A DNA stretch of 64,000 nucleotides from Sphaerodactylus townsendi (taxonomy: Eukaryota). The translations under genes and the position numbers were made by a program. Below the pieces are notes generated by a model. The model saw nothing but the letters and a program-made list of their open reading frames with translations, was not told the DNA's origin and made no database searches. Positions 49,584 to 63,297 of this stretch are shown piece after piece. Within the stretch, counting starts at the first letter, position 1, and each line of letters opens with the position of its first letter. Where the stretch lies: the NCBI RefSeq assembly GCF_021028975.2, contig NC_059425.1, positions 123,256,001 to 123,320,000 on the forward strand, in the 5' to 3' direction.

Positions 49584-52500
49584 TAGAGTTCCTGTTACGA
49601 GCTCAGATGCACATATGAAGCTCCAGAATCCATTCATTTCAACTTGTACCTGTGACTCAGCTCCTTCCTTTAATGGGGAAGGCTTTACAGGTGAAGACTG
49701 GGAATCTGCACACACTTTGGGATGCACCAGAGATTAATCACAGGCTTGACATCAGTATTCTAGATAGCTGGAGCACACCAGTGATGGCATATTTTGTTCC
49801 CAATGCCTAATTTATCTTAATGGGGTGGTGTGTTGGGGGGAGGGGAGAATTAGCAATATTCTTAATGCACCTCAAAACCCAGAATTAATTTCTGCTTGTC
49901 TAGGTTTTGCTTGGTTATACAGATGATCTCCATACAGCATACATATACCTCCCTGTATATATTCCTTTAAATATCAAATGCAGTTAAATGCAAATGAAAC
50001 AAAGACCTTACGTTCAGCATGTTCTGTATGAGTCAGCTTTATTCATTTTTAATCTTGTGTAGTGTTTTAAAAGTCACATGTTCCTGTAAACCAAGCATTA
50101 TGTCTGTGTTTTTCTTCAAACAAAACTTTAAATAAATCATTATTTGTAAATTATTCCTGAAAGTGGATTCTCTGTCACTATTTATATGCATGTTTTTTAA
50201 CATGTTAAATGTATATTTACTGTTCTGTGTGCTGGATGCTGCTGTTTTCATCTAAATTAAATTGAGTATTACGGGCCTTAATGATGACCAGTTTGTCCCA
50301 GACTAATTTGTGTTTGGTTTTAGTACTTGAAGCAGTAGACTTAAGGTGAAGCTTACTGGAAGTTTGTTTTGGACAAAGCAGAAAGAATCTTCACTTTCAC
50401 ATGTATGTTCCTCAAACAATGCTGGTGCTTTCTTTTACTATTGCCAAATTATTTCTGTATTTTTTAATAAAAATGACCTTCACTTGGTTTTATGTATGTT
50501 TTAATAAACTGTATTTTTAAGTAAACCATCATGGTAATTAATCTTTCGTCATATGCATATACAAGCTTTTTACTTGTAAGCACAAATAGATAACATAAAC
50601 ACGAATAGGTAAAAATGCACACATGAGTCAAGGTGTTTATATGATCTATTTTCATATTTTCAAGATGTTTATATGATCTATATATGATCTATTTCATTTA
50701 TATCTCCATGGTCTTCAACAGTAATCTGAATTCTTTGTTACACAGAAAATGAGCTATCTTTTTAAAGACCTACTTTTCTTCTTTTTTTCCTGATGAGTTG
50801 ACAGTCTAGTAGTTTCTCTTAACTAATTGTTAACCTATTAGTTGAGGCCATAAAAATTATTGAAAGGCCAAGGCTAAAGCTGCTGAAATGAGAAATATTT
50901 TTCTACTATTCCCCTGAGAGGAATAAAAGGAACTGCAGGCGGCAGAATATTGGTCTGTTTCAGACTGAATGCATTTGAAGGGACGTTTTGTTAGCAGCAG
51001 TTAATCAGTAAATTCCCTTCACTAATAAGACCATCACTCTTGGCTGGAGCTGCATATTATACGATACATTTCTCTCAGCCACAAAGTAAGTGTTCTTTAC
51101 ATTTTACATAAGCTGATGAGGTATTTAGAGCAAAAGACTGACAGGAAAAACATGAGAAGAATTGCAAAATTTCGTAGATGTTCAGCATCCATTTCCACTG
51201 TTGTCACTGAAATTATATACCTTTTTGTTCAAGGTATTTAGTTCTTGGTTTGAAATATGGTGAGATATGGTGGGGGTGGGTGGGTAGGTGCATTAGCAGA
51301 GACAGCAGCCTAGAATATGGAAGATTCAGGCCTTAGCAACAGAAGAGTTCAATACTGCAGAAGGATGGCAGAAACTAGGAAGATGAATACCTACTTTTTC
51401 AATGTTTGCTCATCTTAATTGCCATTAAAGGAGCTATAGATTAGGGTAACTCCTAATCTAAACAGATCACTATACTTTTGGCTTCCTCGTCCATGCATTT
51501 TTAAAATTTTTGATGCCTTTGATCTATCATAGGAGCGATTAATCATTTAAACCACTCACAAAGAAAAAGAAAAAATGAAACATGTGTAAAACAACCTTCT
51601 AAACCCAGAAGCAGAGGCAGGCAAAATTTTGCTGCTGGATTAGGAAGAATCAGCGAGGTACCTCCTTGCATGTAAACTGAGAAATGCCAGGAGACCCTAT
51701 TGTTGTGCAAATAGCCTCGGGGTAAGTACTGCATGCATAAAGAGCTCCTGTTTCCCCACAGGATCATGGTGCATTCAAGCACCTTCCTGGTTTTTCCCAG
51801 ACTTCCTCTGAACTTTTGCTGTGAAATTTTGGGAAAGCAGCAAAGCCAGCTAGTTCTACCAAGAGTCAGACGTTTCCCCTGTCCCTGTATCCATGGCCAC
51901 AATTTTTCCTTCCTACCACTGGTCTGTTTCTGTTCTTTTTAAAAAATAATAATCAGGAATGGAATGCTGAAAGTCTTAAGCAGCAAATCTATGGGGAAAC
52001 TTTCTATAAGGATGGCCAATTGCATCTGTGAGTTGTGAACAGCCACATCAGGGAAACCACACAAACTTGTCTCCATGTGGAAAACACCATGGTGCTTTAT
52101 CTATAAACTTTGATCATGACTCACTTAAGTTGTTCTTTTTTCCCTCAATTAACAAGTCATCAAAACTTTAGCAATCCCGTGGAAGGTAAGTATACCTATC
52201 CCTGCATCATTTTGGTTTTGTGTAGTACAGTTTGAATTTCAAAAGTGCTTGACATACATATCCCAGTACAGTAGCAGTGAGACAGGCCAATGCTATTATC
52301 CCACAGGACTGAAGCTAAGAATAGCACTTTCCTGAGGCTACATTGCATTTTCATGTCTTAGCCAGACTGAAATTCGAAGAACAGACTTCCCAAATTACAC
52401 TTTTAATCTGCATGACATAGCAGTTCTTAGTCATGGCTGCACAGATATCAGGTTTGTAAGTTTGGATTTAAAAGTTCTTTAATCACAAGCGGTTCTTAGA

Positions 52501-53684
52501 TATAAATAAATGCATCACCGGCTGTACAAATTCCACTCTCAGCTTGTACTCAATGCTGCTAAAACCTTTGGACTAAGATGGAGGTAAACGCTCTGTATTG
52601 TCAATGCTTCAGCTCCAAACAGCCCTAGTTTGAAGAATACACACAGAACCACAATTCCCTATGGAAAGCAAAGGAAGCAGCAGACAGGAATCGCTGCAGA
52701 AGGGCCAAGGGGAGCTTATTCTCTCAGTGGGGAAAAGCTGCAAACCAGCCATTGTTTCAGAGGAGAAGCATGAATGACCCAGAGAACTGGTGACATTCCT
52801 GGTATGCTAAGACATCTCCCTTAGGAAAAACCACATACATATCACAGATATTGAAGGTCACTGTAAGGCACTCTTCCTGGTCAGTGTTTTTAAGGCATAG
52901 AGTTGGACATCCTGGGCATTTAGCAAAACAGAATAAGTTATCATCCGTTTTCAGTTGGTTGCCAAGCAATAATCTCTTCTGCTTGCTTTCCCCTCTTATT
53001 TCAGGTTCACACATTTCGCATTTTTCCTGCTGTAAGAATTGCTTACAATTTCCTACTGGGTGGACTTTGTCTTCTTTTGCTGAGCTTTTCATTATACATT
53101 TTTTGCAGATGTCTTTTCTTCTTCCTCTCTATTTCCTTATTTAATTGCATCGTTCTACCTGTTCTTCCTTCCTTATTACCAGGAAGCAATGATTTTGCAA
53201 CGAATATCCTCACAAGAAAATGTGCTTCATGCCTATTGCTAAACTTGCAACTACTTCAAATAGTCTTTCACTAAAGGATTCAGACCAGTTCTGCATAAAT
53301 TGCCCACTTGACCCCTGTTGCGAACCCTTCACCCTCCTAACCATTTGTAGCAGGCTCAGGCAGTCTCCTAACTATGCTGGGCAGGTTTTTCTGCCTTTTC
53401 TGTGATTGGGCAGTTTTAATGGTAGTGTATGAAGTGTACTATGCTTGTTTGTCCAGCCTTTGGAACTCCAGAAATGTGAAGGGAGCCTTTTCCCTCTAGC
53501 AAATCCCCCTTTTCAAGGCACCAAAGAGAATTGAGGCAGTTTCAATAAACAAAAGTAGAATTTATTGAACAAACTATATGGGATCATGAGATATTTCAGT
53601 GGATGGAAATCAGGCAGGCATTACAAATATCAGTTTTGGCACAGGCACAGTTCTTAATTCAGGTTATCAATAAAAATACTAAAA

Positions 53685-54419
53685 GAGTATGGTGTAGTGG
53701 TTAAGAGCAGGTGGACTCTAATTGGAGAACCAGGTTTTATTCCCCACTCCTCCACATGAGCAGCAGAGTATTATCTGGTGAACCAGATTTATTTCCCAGC
53801 TATTACACATGATGCTGGGTGACCTTGAGCTAGTCACAGCTCTCTCAGAACTTTCGCAGCCTCACCTACCTCACAAGGTGATTGTTGTAGGGAAGGGAAG
53901 AGAAAGGGGTTTGTAAGAGACGTTTGACAGAGAGAAATTTTTCTCTCTTTCTCACAATACTAGAACCAGGGGGCATACATTGAAAATGCTGGGGGGAAGA
54001 ATTAGGACTAATAAAAAGAAACACTTCTTCATGCAACATGTGATTGGTGTTTGGAATATGTTGCCACAGGAGGTGGTGATGGCCACTAACCTGGATCGCT
54101 TTAAAAGGGGCTTGGACAGATTTATGGAGGAGAAGTCGATCTCTGGCTACCAATCTTGATCCTTCTTGATTTGAGGTTGCAAATGCCTTAGCAGACCAGG
54201 TGCTTGGGAACAGCAGCAGCAGAAGGCCATTGCTTTCACCTCCTGCATGTGAGCTCCCAAAGGCACCTGGTGGGCCACTGAGAGTAGCAGAGTGCTGGAA
54301 TAGATGGACTCTGGTCTGATCCAGCAGGCTCTTTCTTAGGTTCTTATGTTATCCATCTTGAGTCTCTTACTTGAGAGAAAGGGGGATATAAATCCAAACT
54401 ACTACTACTCTTCTTCTTC
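53685..54419 (+). mobile_element. Squam3-like SINE split by a CR1 insertion
   Basis: SINE body at 53685-53917; its 3' end (gagtctc..gggggatataaatccaaac..tcttcttc) resumes at 54351. Confidence 0.8.
53925..54350 (+). mobile_element. CR1 LINE 3' fragment nested in a SINE
   Basis: Nearly identical to 60924-61348. Confidence 0.9.
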
Positions 54420-55322
54420 TAAAAGCAAATTAAAAACAAAAAAATGAAATCACAATCACTACTGAAACAGGAAAAAAATGCCAACAAATTTAACCATTCA
54501 AGAAGCATCAAAGTGTAAGCTAAACAGAAACAAATTGTAACACAATGAAGACAGAAACAAGAGCTAGTAATGATATCCCAGTTGCTTTGTGGGACAACAT
54601 TGTTTTCTCTGATCTCATCTAAAGGCAATGAGTAAGGAGAGAAAGAAACTCTACCCAGGGAGTAGAGGTTGTCAGGCTTGGAATGTCAGAAGTTTTTTGG
54701 GTAATTACCCGGGGAGAGTGGAGTTTGAGGGAGGAAAATGTGAGGTCACTTCTAAAAGAAACTCTAGGAATCCCCCAACCTCTATGGCGTTTCCCATAGA
54801 TATTTGGGAAATTTATAGAGTGGCATGGACATGGCATCATTTCCACAAGGAGGGGAAATGGATGTGATGCCACTTCTGAGTAAATGCTGTATTATCAACA
54901 CCAGTCCCACATTTTCTTCCATTCCTCAAATTAACAAGGGTGGGGGAACTGGGCAAATGACAAGCATATTAAGGAGAGACTTTCACAAGTTCAGCACTGC
55001 TGTGAAGAAGGCCCCGTAACACATAATCAGGAAGAAAATAGGGCAAGAGAAAAAAAGAACAAGGTGCAATGAAGAGCCATTTATTTGATCCTTTAGATCC
55101 CAACATGTTTTGTTATAAGCTTCACTGAGTGATCTAATAAAACAAAATTAAATTAGATACAGTTACATCAATACATATTTATACCAACATTATATCATTT
55201 AGAATAAGCATTCAAACTAATAACAAAAAAATCAAAAAAACTAATTTATCAATTAATGTAAGACACAATCTGAGCATGGCAAAGATAACATATTCTCTAG
55301 TGCAGGGATAACTCTAATAGTA

Positions 55323-55544
55323 ACTGGGGTGCTGTGTGGTTTCCGGGCTGTATGGCCATGTTCTAGCAGCATTCTCTCCTGACGTTTCACCTGCATCTGT
55401 GTCTGGCATCTTCGGAGGATCCGCTGAAGATGCCAGCCACAGATGCAGGGGAAACATCAGGACAGAATGCTGCTAGAACACGGCCATACAGCCCAGAAAC
55501 CACACAGCACCCCAGTGATTATGGCCATGAAAGCCTTCGACAAT
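55323..55544. mobile_element. Penelope-like element 3'-end fold-back
   Basis: ~97-bp inverted arms centred on GGATCC (55417-22). Terminus gaaagccttcgacaat. Same family as 31967. Confidence 0.8.
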
Positions 55545-57063
55545 GCATCATTTCAGGAAGGAGCTTTTTTTTTTAACAGGATGCCTTTTAGACTGCACTG
55601 CTCTGCTGGACAAAAGCCCCATCTAGCCCTGCCCACTTTCTAAAAGCGCTTGGTGCACGCCAGGAAAAGTGTTCATAGGTGTCATGGCAACGGAAAACAT
55701 GTTGGGTACCCCTGTTTTAGTGTGACACAGAACAATGGGCAGTGTAGAAACTGATTTTTAAAAATATATAAACTAGAAGTTAAAACTGCACTTTGGATTA
55801 TACCCTGGGAAATTTTCTGTTGGATATTGCTGGCAGCTGTAAAAAATGTTTGTTGTTCTTTATAATGGACAAAAAGGCCGTGGCAGATTATAAGATTTCT
55901 TTTAAATACATTCTTATAGCAGTTCTGTTCAACTTCATGGTTTAATAAGGATCTATAAGCAGTACAACAGCAGAAACATGGTAAGAAGCAATGGAAAACA
56001 ATCAGGCCAAATCTCACCAACTGCACATTTAACTCATTTTAGGGCTGTGCTCTGGGTGATTATGACAATGAAGAAGCCTTGTTTCATCATCTCACTTGTG
56101 CCTGTTCAATGTCATCCACTGGAGTGATTTTTAGAACTGGGCAAGATGTTTCTTTCCAGTTCACAGGAAGGCCTTCCTTGCCCACTGTGTTGCTTTAACA
56201 TTTTGCAGATAGAATAACTCGTATCAGTTCCAGTTTAAAATTAGTAGTCTGAAAGCTATGCCTGAGCTGATGCAATTATATTCAGCTTTTCGACTTCCAG
56301 TTGTTTGGAGGCACTTTTTCACCTTTAAAGTCACAGACAATTTGGATGACAGTACATCAAAGACTGCTTTGTCCAGTGTATGCCTGAAGTATACTTAGAT
56401 AAACTTGGTGGAGCCCTGCTCTCCAAATTCCCATCAAAAAGTTGGCAGGTGGTCATATATAATCCGGCTGTGTTTAGGATTGCCTACTCTGGCATAGAAA
56501 AGTCCTAGAGAGTGGGCGTGGGGGGAGGGCAGGGACTCACGCAGCAGGGTGTAAGGCCATAGGCTCCAGCCCCCAATTGAGCCATTTGATCCAGGAGAAC
56601 TGCTTTCTGTAGTGTGGCTATCAGTTGTAATTCTGAGAGAACTCTAGACTGTACTTGAAAGTTGCCAACCTGAACTATTTTGGTGGCAGTTATAAGACTT
56701 TGGAACTCCCTCCAGAAAGTCTGTGTTTGTGTGTGTTTGTGCTTGTGTGTAAGAGTAGTAATTGCAGGAAAAAATGAAGATTATCGTTTGCCAGCATGTG
56801 GTTGCTTTGAGTTTGTTTTTACTGTTGTGGTGATATTCTGCTAGTGCTTCTTTTGTTGCATGCTGTGATTTCAACTGCAGACAAGTCTATTTCCTCTTGT
56901 TGTTAAAATTCATTCCAATGGGTAAATTTTCTTGCCTGTCCACCAAGAACAATTCTGCGTGGTTTGGGTAACTACCTGGGGAGAGTGGAGTTTGAGGGAG
57001 GGAAATGTGAGGTCACTTCTAAAAGAAAGGCCTTCCAGTGTAATTCGCTGCACCAGTTGACTG

Positions 57064-57064
<1 letters not shown>

Positions 57065-57108
<44 letters not shown>
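57065..57108. repeat. (CAAT)11 microsatellite
   Basis: Directly visible. Confidence 0.97.
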
Positions 57109-57117
57109 TGAATAATT

Positions 57118-57255
57118 GCTGGCTTGTGTGGGAGTGCACAGGCTAATCTGAATTCCCCAGATAAGCCTCCACAGCACAGGCGGCAGAGCTGGGAATCAAA
57201 CCCGGTTCCTCCAGATTAGATACACAAGCTCTTAACCTCCTATGCCACTGCTGCT
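57118..57255 (-). mobile_element. Squam3-like SINE, 5' half
   Basis: Reverse complement of the head of the 43792 copy. Confidence 0.82.
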
Positions 57256-57813
57256 GGAAGAAGATGTTGTAATATATATGCCCAAATTCAGACCATGTTA
57301 AGTAGCCAAGAGGCCTTTTTAAAGAAAATGACCTGTATATCCTCTCAGCAAAGTTTGGTGCCTTCCCCCAGCCTTCTGCTGGAAGAATTGTCATCTAAAT
57401 CAGAGAAAGGATCCTTTTATACTGGAAGAAGGTGGGATACAGAGCAGTTCCAGTTTCAGTGGCTGGGCTAGTTTTGTTTCAAATAGTTGGCAATAACTGG
57501 GAGCAGTAGCAGAAGGGAACTTAGAATAGAGAAGCAGAGAGAAATACATTTATTTTAGTCATCATTATATTTTCAAATGAGCAACACAGTTAGCTGATTA
57601 ATATTCCAGCATAAGAAATAAAACAAGTTCAACAGAAATACAGTGATTAATTCACACAGCTTGTTGAGCTGCAGATTTCTCTGCTGAGCATACCAATAAG
57701 AGCTCTGACGGCACTATACTATTGGCACTAATGAAAACTGGATCAGTGCAAATTAATTTTGTACACTGTGGATTTACTGCCAACAATTATGCAGTACTAT
57801 GCAGCCATATTAT

Positions 57814-58145
57814 AAGAAGAAGAGTTTGGGTTTATATGCCCCCTTTCTCTCCTGTAGGAGACTCAAAGGGGCTTACAATCTCCTTGCCCTTCCCCCTTCA
57901 CAACAAACACCCTGTGAGGTAGGTGGGGCTGAGAGAGCTCCGAGAAGCTGTGACTAGCCCAAGGTCACCCAGATGGCGTGTGTGGGAGTGCACCGACTAA
58001 CCTGAATTCCCCAGATAAGCCTCCACAGCTCAGGTGGCAGAGCAGAGAATCAAACCCACTTCCTCCAGATTAGATATATGAGCTCTTAACCTCCTACGCC
58101 ACTCTTAACCTCCTACACCACTGCTTAACCTCCTACGCCACTGCT
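57814..58145 (-). mobile_element. Squam3-like SINE, full length, with triplicated 5' motif
   Basis: Reverse complement of 43792-44109. cttaacctcctac(g/a)ccac occurs three times at ~58085-58142. Confidence 0.87.
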
Positions 58146-58291
58146 ACAATAATGCACATCTTGTAGTCCTCTTGAAGAATCAGTAGCTGCAGCTAAAGTC
58201 ATGGTACTGAAGTCAATGGCAACTATTCTCCATTCCATGAAATTTGATGGGAATTAGCTCTGAGTTGTGACTAATTTTTGCTAGAATTATT

Positions 58292-58515
58292 TAGAACATA
58301 AGAACATAAGAAAGAGCCTGCTGGATCAGACCAGAGTCCATGTAGTCCAGCACTCTGCTACTTGCAGTGGCCCACCAGGTGCCTTTGGGAGCTCACATGC
58401 AGGAGGTGAAAGCAATGGCCTTCTGCTGCTGCTGTTCCCGAGCACCTGGTCTGCTAAGGAATTTGCAACCTCAGATGAAGAAGGATCATGATCAAGACCT
58501 CAGATCAAGAAGGAT
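58292..58515 (-). mobile_element. CR1 3' UTR fragment
   Basis: agaacataagaacataag tail plus the same UTR as the other CR1 copies. Confidence 0.85.
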
Positions 58516-60883
58516 TTACAATATGCATAAACTGTTAATAAGCTGTAAGTATTAAAAAGGGTCTAAAGGAAGGATCTAAGTCCTTTATGGTTCCATGTAT
58601 TTCAGCTGGTGTGAAGGATCTCTTGCCAAGTCCTTCCCATCCGACTTCACTATTCCACCACAGTCAATCCACAGAGAAGGCAGAAAAGCAATAAAAGTTG
58701 CAGCTAATGGAACTATATCATCACATTTCCAGTAGTGTTTTTACATACACATGGACCATATATACAGACTAGCACAGAAACTTCTACTTTTCAGTTTGAT
58801 CACATCTCGAAAACTGAGGTGTTTTGTAACTGGGAAAATACAATACTAAAGAAGCATTTTGTTGAGTTTTAACTATGGGTAATTATTATTTAATATTTTA
58901 ATTTTAGTATATTATCATAATGTTAACTTGCTTAATATAATATTATTATATAATGTTTTTAAACTGTAGTTAACCAAAAAATTCCTAAAGTCATACTAGA
59001 TGAACGAAATAATAGATTCCCAGTAGGTAATTCATTTTGAGGTATGGTGATCATAAGATCAGTTTGAAAATTTCATTTTTTCAATTTATTTTGGGATTCT
59101 TGTCAGTTTTGAATTCCTTGTATCTTTTGTTTATGTAAACATAAACTTGCAAAGATCCAGAGAACGTTCACCACTGCACCCTTCTTGACCACTATCTTGG
59201 AGATGGTGGGGGAGGGAAATAGGAAAAAAATCCACCTTGATAAATTGTGGGGGAAAACTGGCAGCTTGGAGGTTCATTCTCCCCACCAAATGCCTCCTAT
59301 ACCCTTGTATTAGGAGTCAAATAGAGCACTGGGGACTAACATTTGCTGAGGGAGGAATTAGTGGGAACAGTGAAAAAATAGAATTATTGAAATAACAATT
59401 TCCTGGAAGAAGGCTTAAGAGAAAAGATGTTGTCTGGAATTAGATTTACTTGGAGAAAGCTTTTTAAATTTCTTTTTTAAAAATTCTGACTGAGTTACAC
59501 CATTTGGTGCAAAAATTATTGCTTTTCCTAGCTCACAGTTCAAATGGATTTCTTTTTTATTATTAAACCAGTGATCTATCTCAGACATTCTTTCTCTGCA
59601 GAGTAGTCCCTGATACATTTATGGTCCGGAAGTGAGTTATGATGGTTTTACTGTCACCCACGGGAATAATTGCTCCACTACCATTCACTGTCAGGAACAG
59701 CGTTCCCTTCACTGATGAGAGGAAAAATATAAGTGCACAGGGACAGCAAGAGGGCCCAGAGGATGCTGCCAGGGAGAATGTAAACATTTTCATAGCCATT
59801 ACAGTATTTCAAAGCTGCTCTCATGAATGGTCCTTCCTATCTCTACCTCCAATAATTTCAGTGGGAGCACTTTGGGGCACAGAACCTACATTACCCATAA
59901 AATCCTGTCTCCTGTTTCATGATATCTCCTGTTTCAAAAATATCTCCAGGAGACACTTCTAGATTAATTTTTTGAGGCCTTGAAACAGAGGTTATTTTAA
60001 TTTAAGCGAAGTGTTGTTAATACAACACACTAATCTATATACATGTACTTATAGATTCTTCTTCTGTAAATCTATCATAAACCTTGTTATTCCATGATGT
60101 CACAATATTAGTCCTACTGTGTGATAATCAGCTTAATATCTTAATGACAGCTGCCTCCAGATAAACTTTGAATTTTAAAAAAATGAAAATTTTGTATGTT
60201 TCATATCTTGTTCCTTCATTATGACCAGACAAATGGAAATGCTTGACCTAATTCCTCTCTCAAAAAACTTTTAATTTTTTTCTTCTCTAGTTAATTATGT
60301 ATTTTAAAAATTATATAAATTAAATAAGCAATTTATACTTAAGCAGTTACTTAAATCCACAGATCAGGGTCATTACATAGAATTAGGATTTTTCTACAAA
60401 CTTGGGGTACATGGACATCCCAGGCTTGCAGAAAAATCTTAAAATGGGAAAAGCAGGGGCAGGGTAACACACTCCCCCACCAGTGTGGAAACATTGTCTG
60501 CACAGCTGTGGATTACAAGGGAAACAGGTCTCAGAAAGCTGTGGCAGGTAGATGAAAGTAAGTGCAGCTCAGAAAGAGGGGAAGAGATGGCAGGCTCGAG
60601 AGCAAGCAAGCAGAGCTGGGCATCAGAAAAAGAGGAGCTGGGTGCCTGGGCCAACAGGGAGTGGCCAGCAGAGCTTTCTCTTTCTTTCTATGGGGAGAGA
60701 GGGGAGACAAACGGCGGTAACTGGGAGAAGTGGGGGCAGAGGTGACGTTGCTCCTTTTTATTTGCCCAATGCAAGATCCTGAGCATGAAAGAAGGGTTGC
60801 TGGGAGGAGGAGAGAAGTAACAGCTCTTACCCACCGCTGGAATTGGGGAAGAGGTACAGAAGTTGTAGCCTGCCACTCTGGTT

Positions 60884-61348
60884 ATGACTGAAGTCTATAA
60901 AATTATGTGTGGGGTAGAAAATATTGTCAGAGAGAAATTTTTCTCTCTTTCTCACAGTACTAGAACCAGGGGGCATTCATTGAAAATGCTGGGGGGAAGA
61001 ATTAGGACTAATAAAAGGAAACACTTCTTCACGCAACGTGTGATTGGTGTTTGGAATATGCTGCCACAGGAGGTGGTGATGGCCACTAACCTGGATAGCT
61101 TTAAAAGGGGCTTGGACAGATTTATGGAGGAGAAGTCGATCTATGGCTACCAATCTTGATCCTCTTTGATCTGAGATTGCAAATGCCTTAGCAGACCAGG
61201 TGCTCGGGAACAGCAGCAGCAGAAGGCCATTGCTTTCACCTCCTGCATGTGAGCTCCCAAAGGCACCTGGTGGGCCACTGTGAGTAGCAGAGAGCTGGAC
61301 TAGATGGACTCTGGTCTGATCCAGCTGGCTTGTTCTTATTTTCTTATG
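60884..61348 (+). mobile_element. CR1 LINE 3' fragment (ORF2 C-terminus and 3' UTR)
   Basis: EVYKIM.G.E...TRGHSLK...RKHFFTQRVIGVWNMLPQEVV.A.NLDSFKRGLD is the canonical CR1 ORF2 end. ttcttatg tail. Confidence 0.92.
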
Positions 61349-62157
61349 GTTAGGATGAGGATGACAAATGCAGCACTAAAAGCACATGCTCACTCCAAAT
61401 GCAACAGTAAACAAAGTACACTGCACACACCTCCTCTCACATAAACAAAGTAGCTGCTGTCCCTCCCTGACTGTGCCCAAGGGAAAGGAGCAAGCCAAAA
61501 TTAATAGGGAAATGAAAAGGTTGGCTCCAAGCTTTGCTGTCTTCCCATTGCCCTCAACTCATAAGGCACTCATAGGGCTGCCTTCATCATCCAGACATAG
61601 CAACTAGAAATAATTTAAAGAGAAAATATGTATCCTGTCCACCCTTCCCCTCCATTTGGTTTAGCATGGTTCAACAATAAAATACTAAACCAAGGAATAA
61701 CCCTTTTTAAAAAACCCTGTATACATAGATTGCAAATTCCAGATTGGAAATGCTTGGAAATTTGGTGGGTGGAGTCTGAGGCGGGCTGGGTTTGGTGAGG
61801 GCCTTGAGTGGGGCACAATACTATAGTATCCACCTCCCGAAATGGTTGTTTTCTTCTGGTGTCTTGATCTCTGTCCCCTTGATATCCAACCTCCACCTGG
61901 AGGTTGATAATGTGTCCAGTCTGGACAAAAGTTAAGCAGGGCTGTAAAACATAACAGAGCCAAAAGCAGCACAGCTCCTCTCCACAAAGATTACAGCACT
62001 AATGGGGATAACCACAACCGAATCCTCAGCTTTTTGTTGCAGGTCCTCACTTTTAAACATCTCTGATAATTCTCAGCATACATGATTCTAAGGAGCCTTC
62101 CCATCTCAGAAAGAAAACCAGCAAAGTCAGTAAAACAGCAGTCTTAATACCTGATAT

Positions 62158-62364
62158 CAGGGGCGGAGCAAAGGGGAACTGCACCTGGTGCACACATGCG
62201 CCCTTTGCCCCGGCTGTGGAGCTGCCCGCCCTTGCCCCACCCTGGAATGTCCTCAGAACACCCCCAGAATGCTCCTGCCACACACCCCTCCATGCCCTGG
62301 CAACGCCCTTGCGGCAGCAGCCCCCTGGGCATTGTGCCCCCATCCTGTTGGTGCTACACCATTG
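62158..62364. mobile_element. hAT-like MITE (CAGGGGCG-type end)
   Basis: caggggcggagc... / ...gctacaccattg around a GC-rich interior. Confidence 0.45.
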
Positions 62365-63297
62365 CCTGATACGAGGTTCAGGATGGAGCAAGCCAGAGGT
62401 CAGGATGCCCAGGCATGGGCTGACAAGGCTTGCACCCCCAGCAATGGGGAATCTTCAGGCAGTGGCCCACCACCCATCTGGAATGTCCCCCTGTTGCTGC
62501 AGTAGTTTAGGTTTTTCCTCAAACAGGCAGGTTTAAGGAACGCTAGGAGACAGCTTTTGGGCTGCCCAACACGAGGATCAGACTCCCATGCTGTGCCTTA
62601 TGCATTTTGTTCCTTATACTAATAAAATGTTAATGGCTATGACCAATTTATTTACCACAATAGGTTAGTTGTGTTTTCTTTCAAGTTTTGGTAGCTTTAT
62701 TTTGCAGATGCCACAATTCCTTCCCTATGGTGACAAAAAGAGTTTCCACAAGCAAGGTACTCAATGATGCAACCATTCCCCTCATCAATAAAACAAGCAT
62801 TTCTCTATGTACGCATATCTGCATTCTCATGATAATTTACTTGAACCATTGACTTGCTGGTGATAGCAATTCCCAGAGAGAGCATGAGATCCTGGGGAAG
62901 AGGGAGAGGGGACAGGCTGGGCAGGAACATGGGAAGACACAATAACTTCATCATTCCTACATGGGCAGAAATGGGAACTTGTGAGACTATTTCCTGACAA
63001 CCCAGTTTAAAGAGGGTGGTTTTTTAAAAATATACTCAATACATTCCTTTGAAATATTTACTATTTCTCCTTTGTATTCTGCTATCCTCTTCAGAAAGGT
63101 ATAGGACAATTTTTGCAATGGCCTTGAGACTAGCAGTCTGTGGCATCACTGTTTTCCTCATAGCTAGGAAACCTTATTTCGTAATCTGCCTTGAGTACCA
63201 ATGAAAAAGGTGGACTATAAATAATGTGAATAAATTAACTGTGGACCCCAAATCCTTGCGTGTTGTAGCCCTTTAAAATAAACTACAACTGCACTTA

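Noticed and set aside
52900-53680. Possible decayed LTR/Gypsy fragment
   Set aside because: No diagnostic termini, TSD or protein motif found.
409-62536. Most short ORFs in the six-frame track
   Set aside because: No recognisable domains or splice-consistent structure. They are expected by chance or derive from repeats in intronic and intergenic vertebrate DNA.
41100-63200. SOBP or other host coding exons
   Set aside because: No recognisable coding sequence on either strand.
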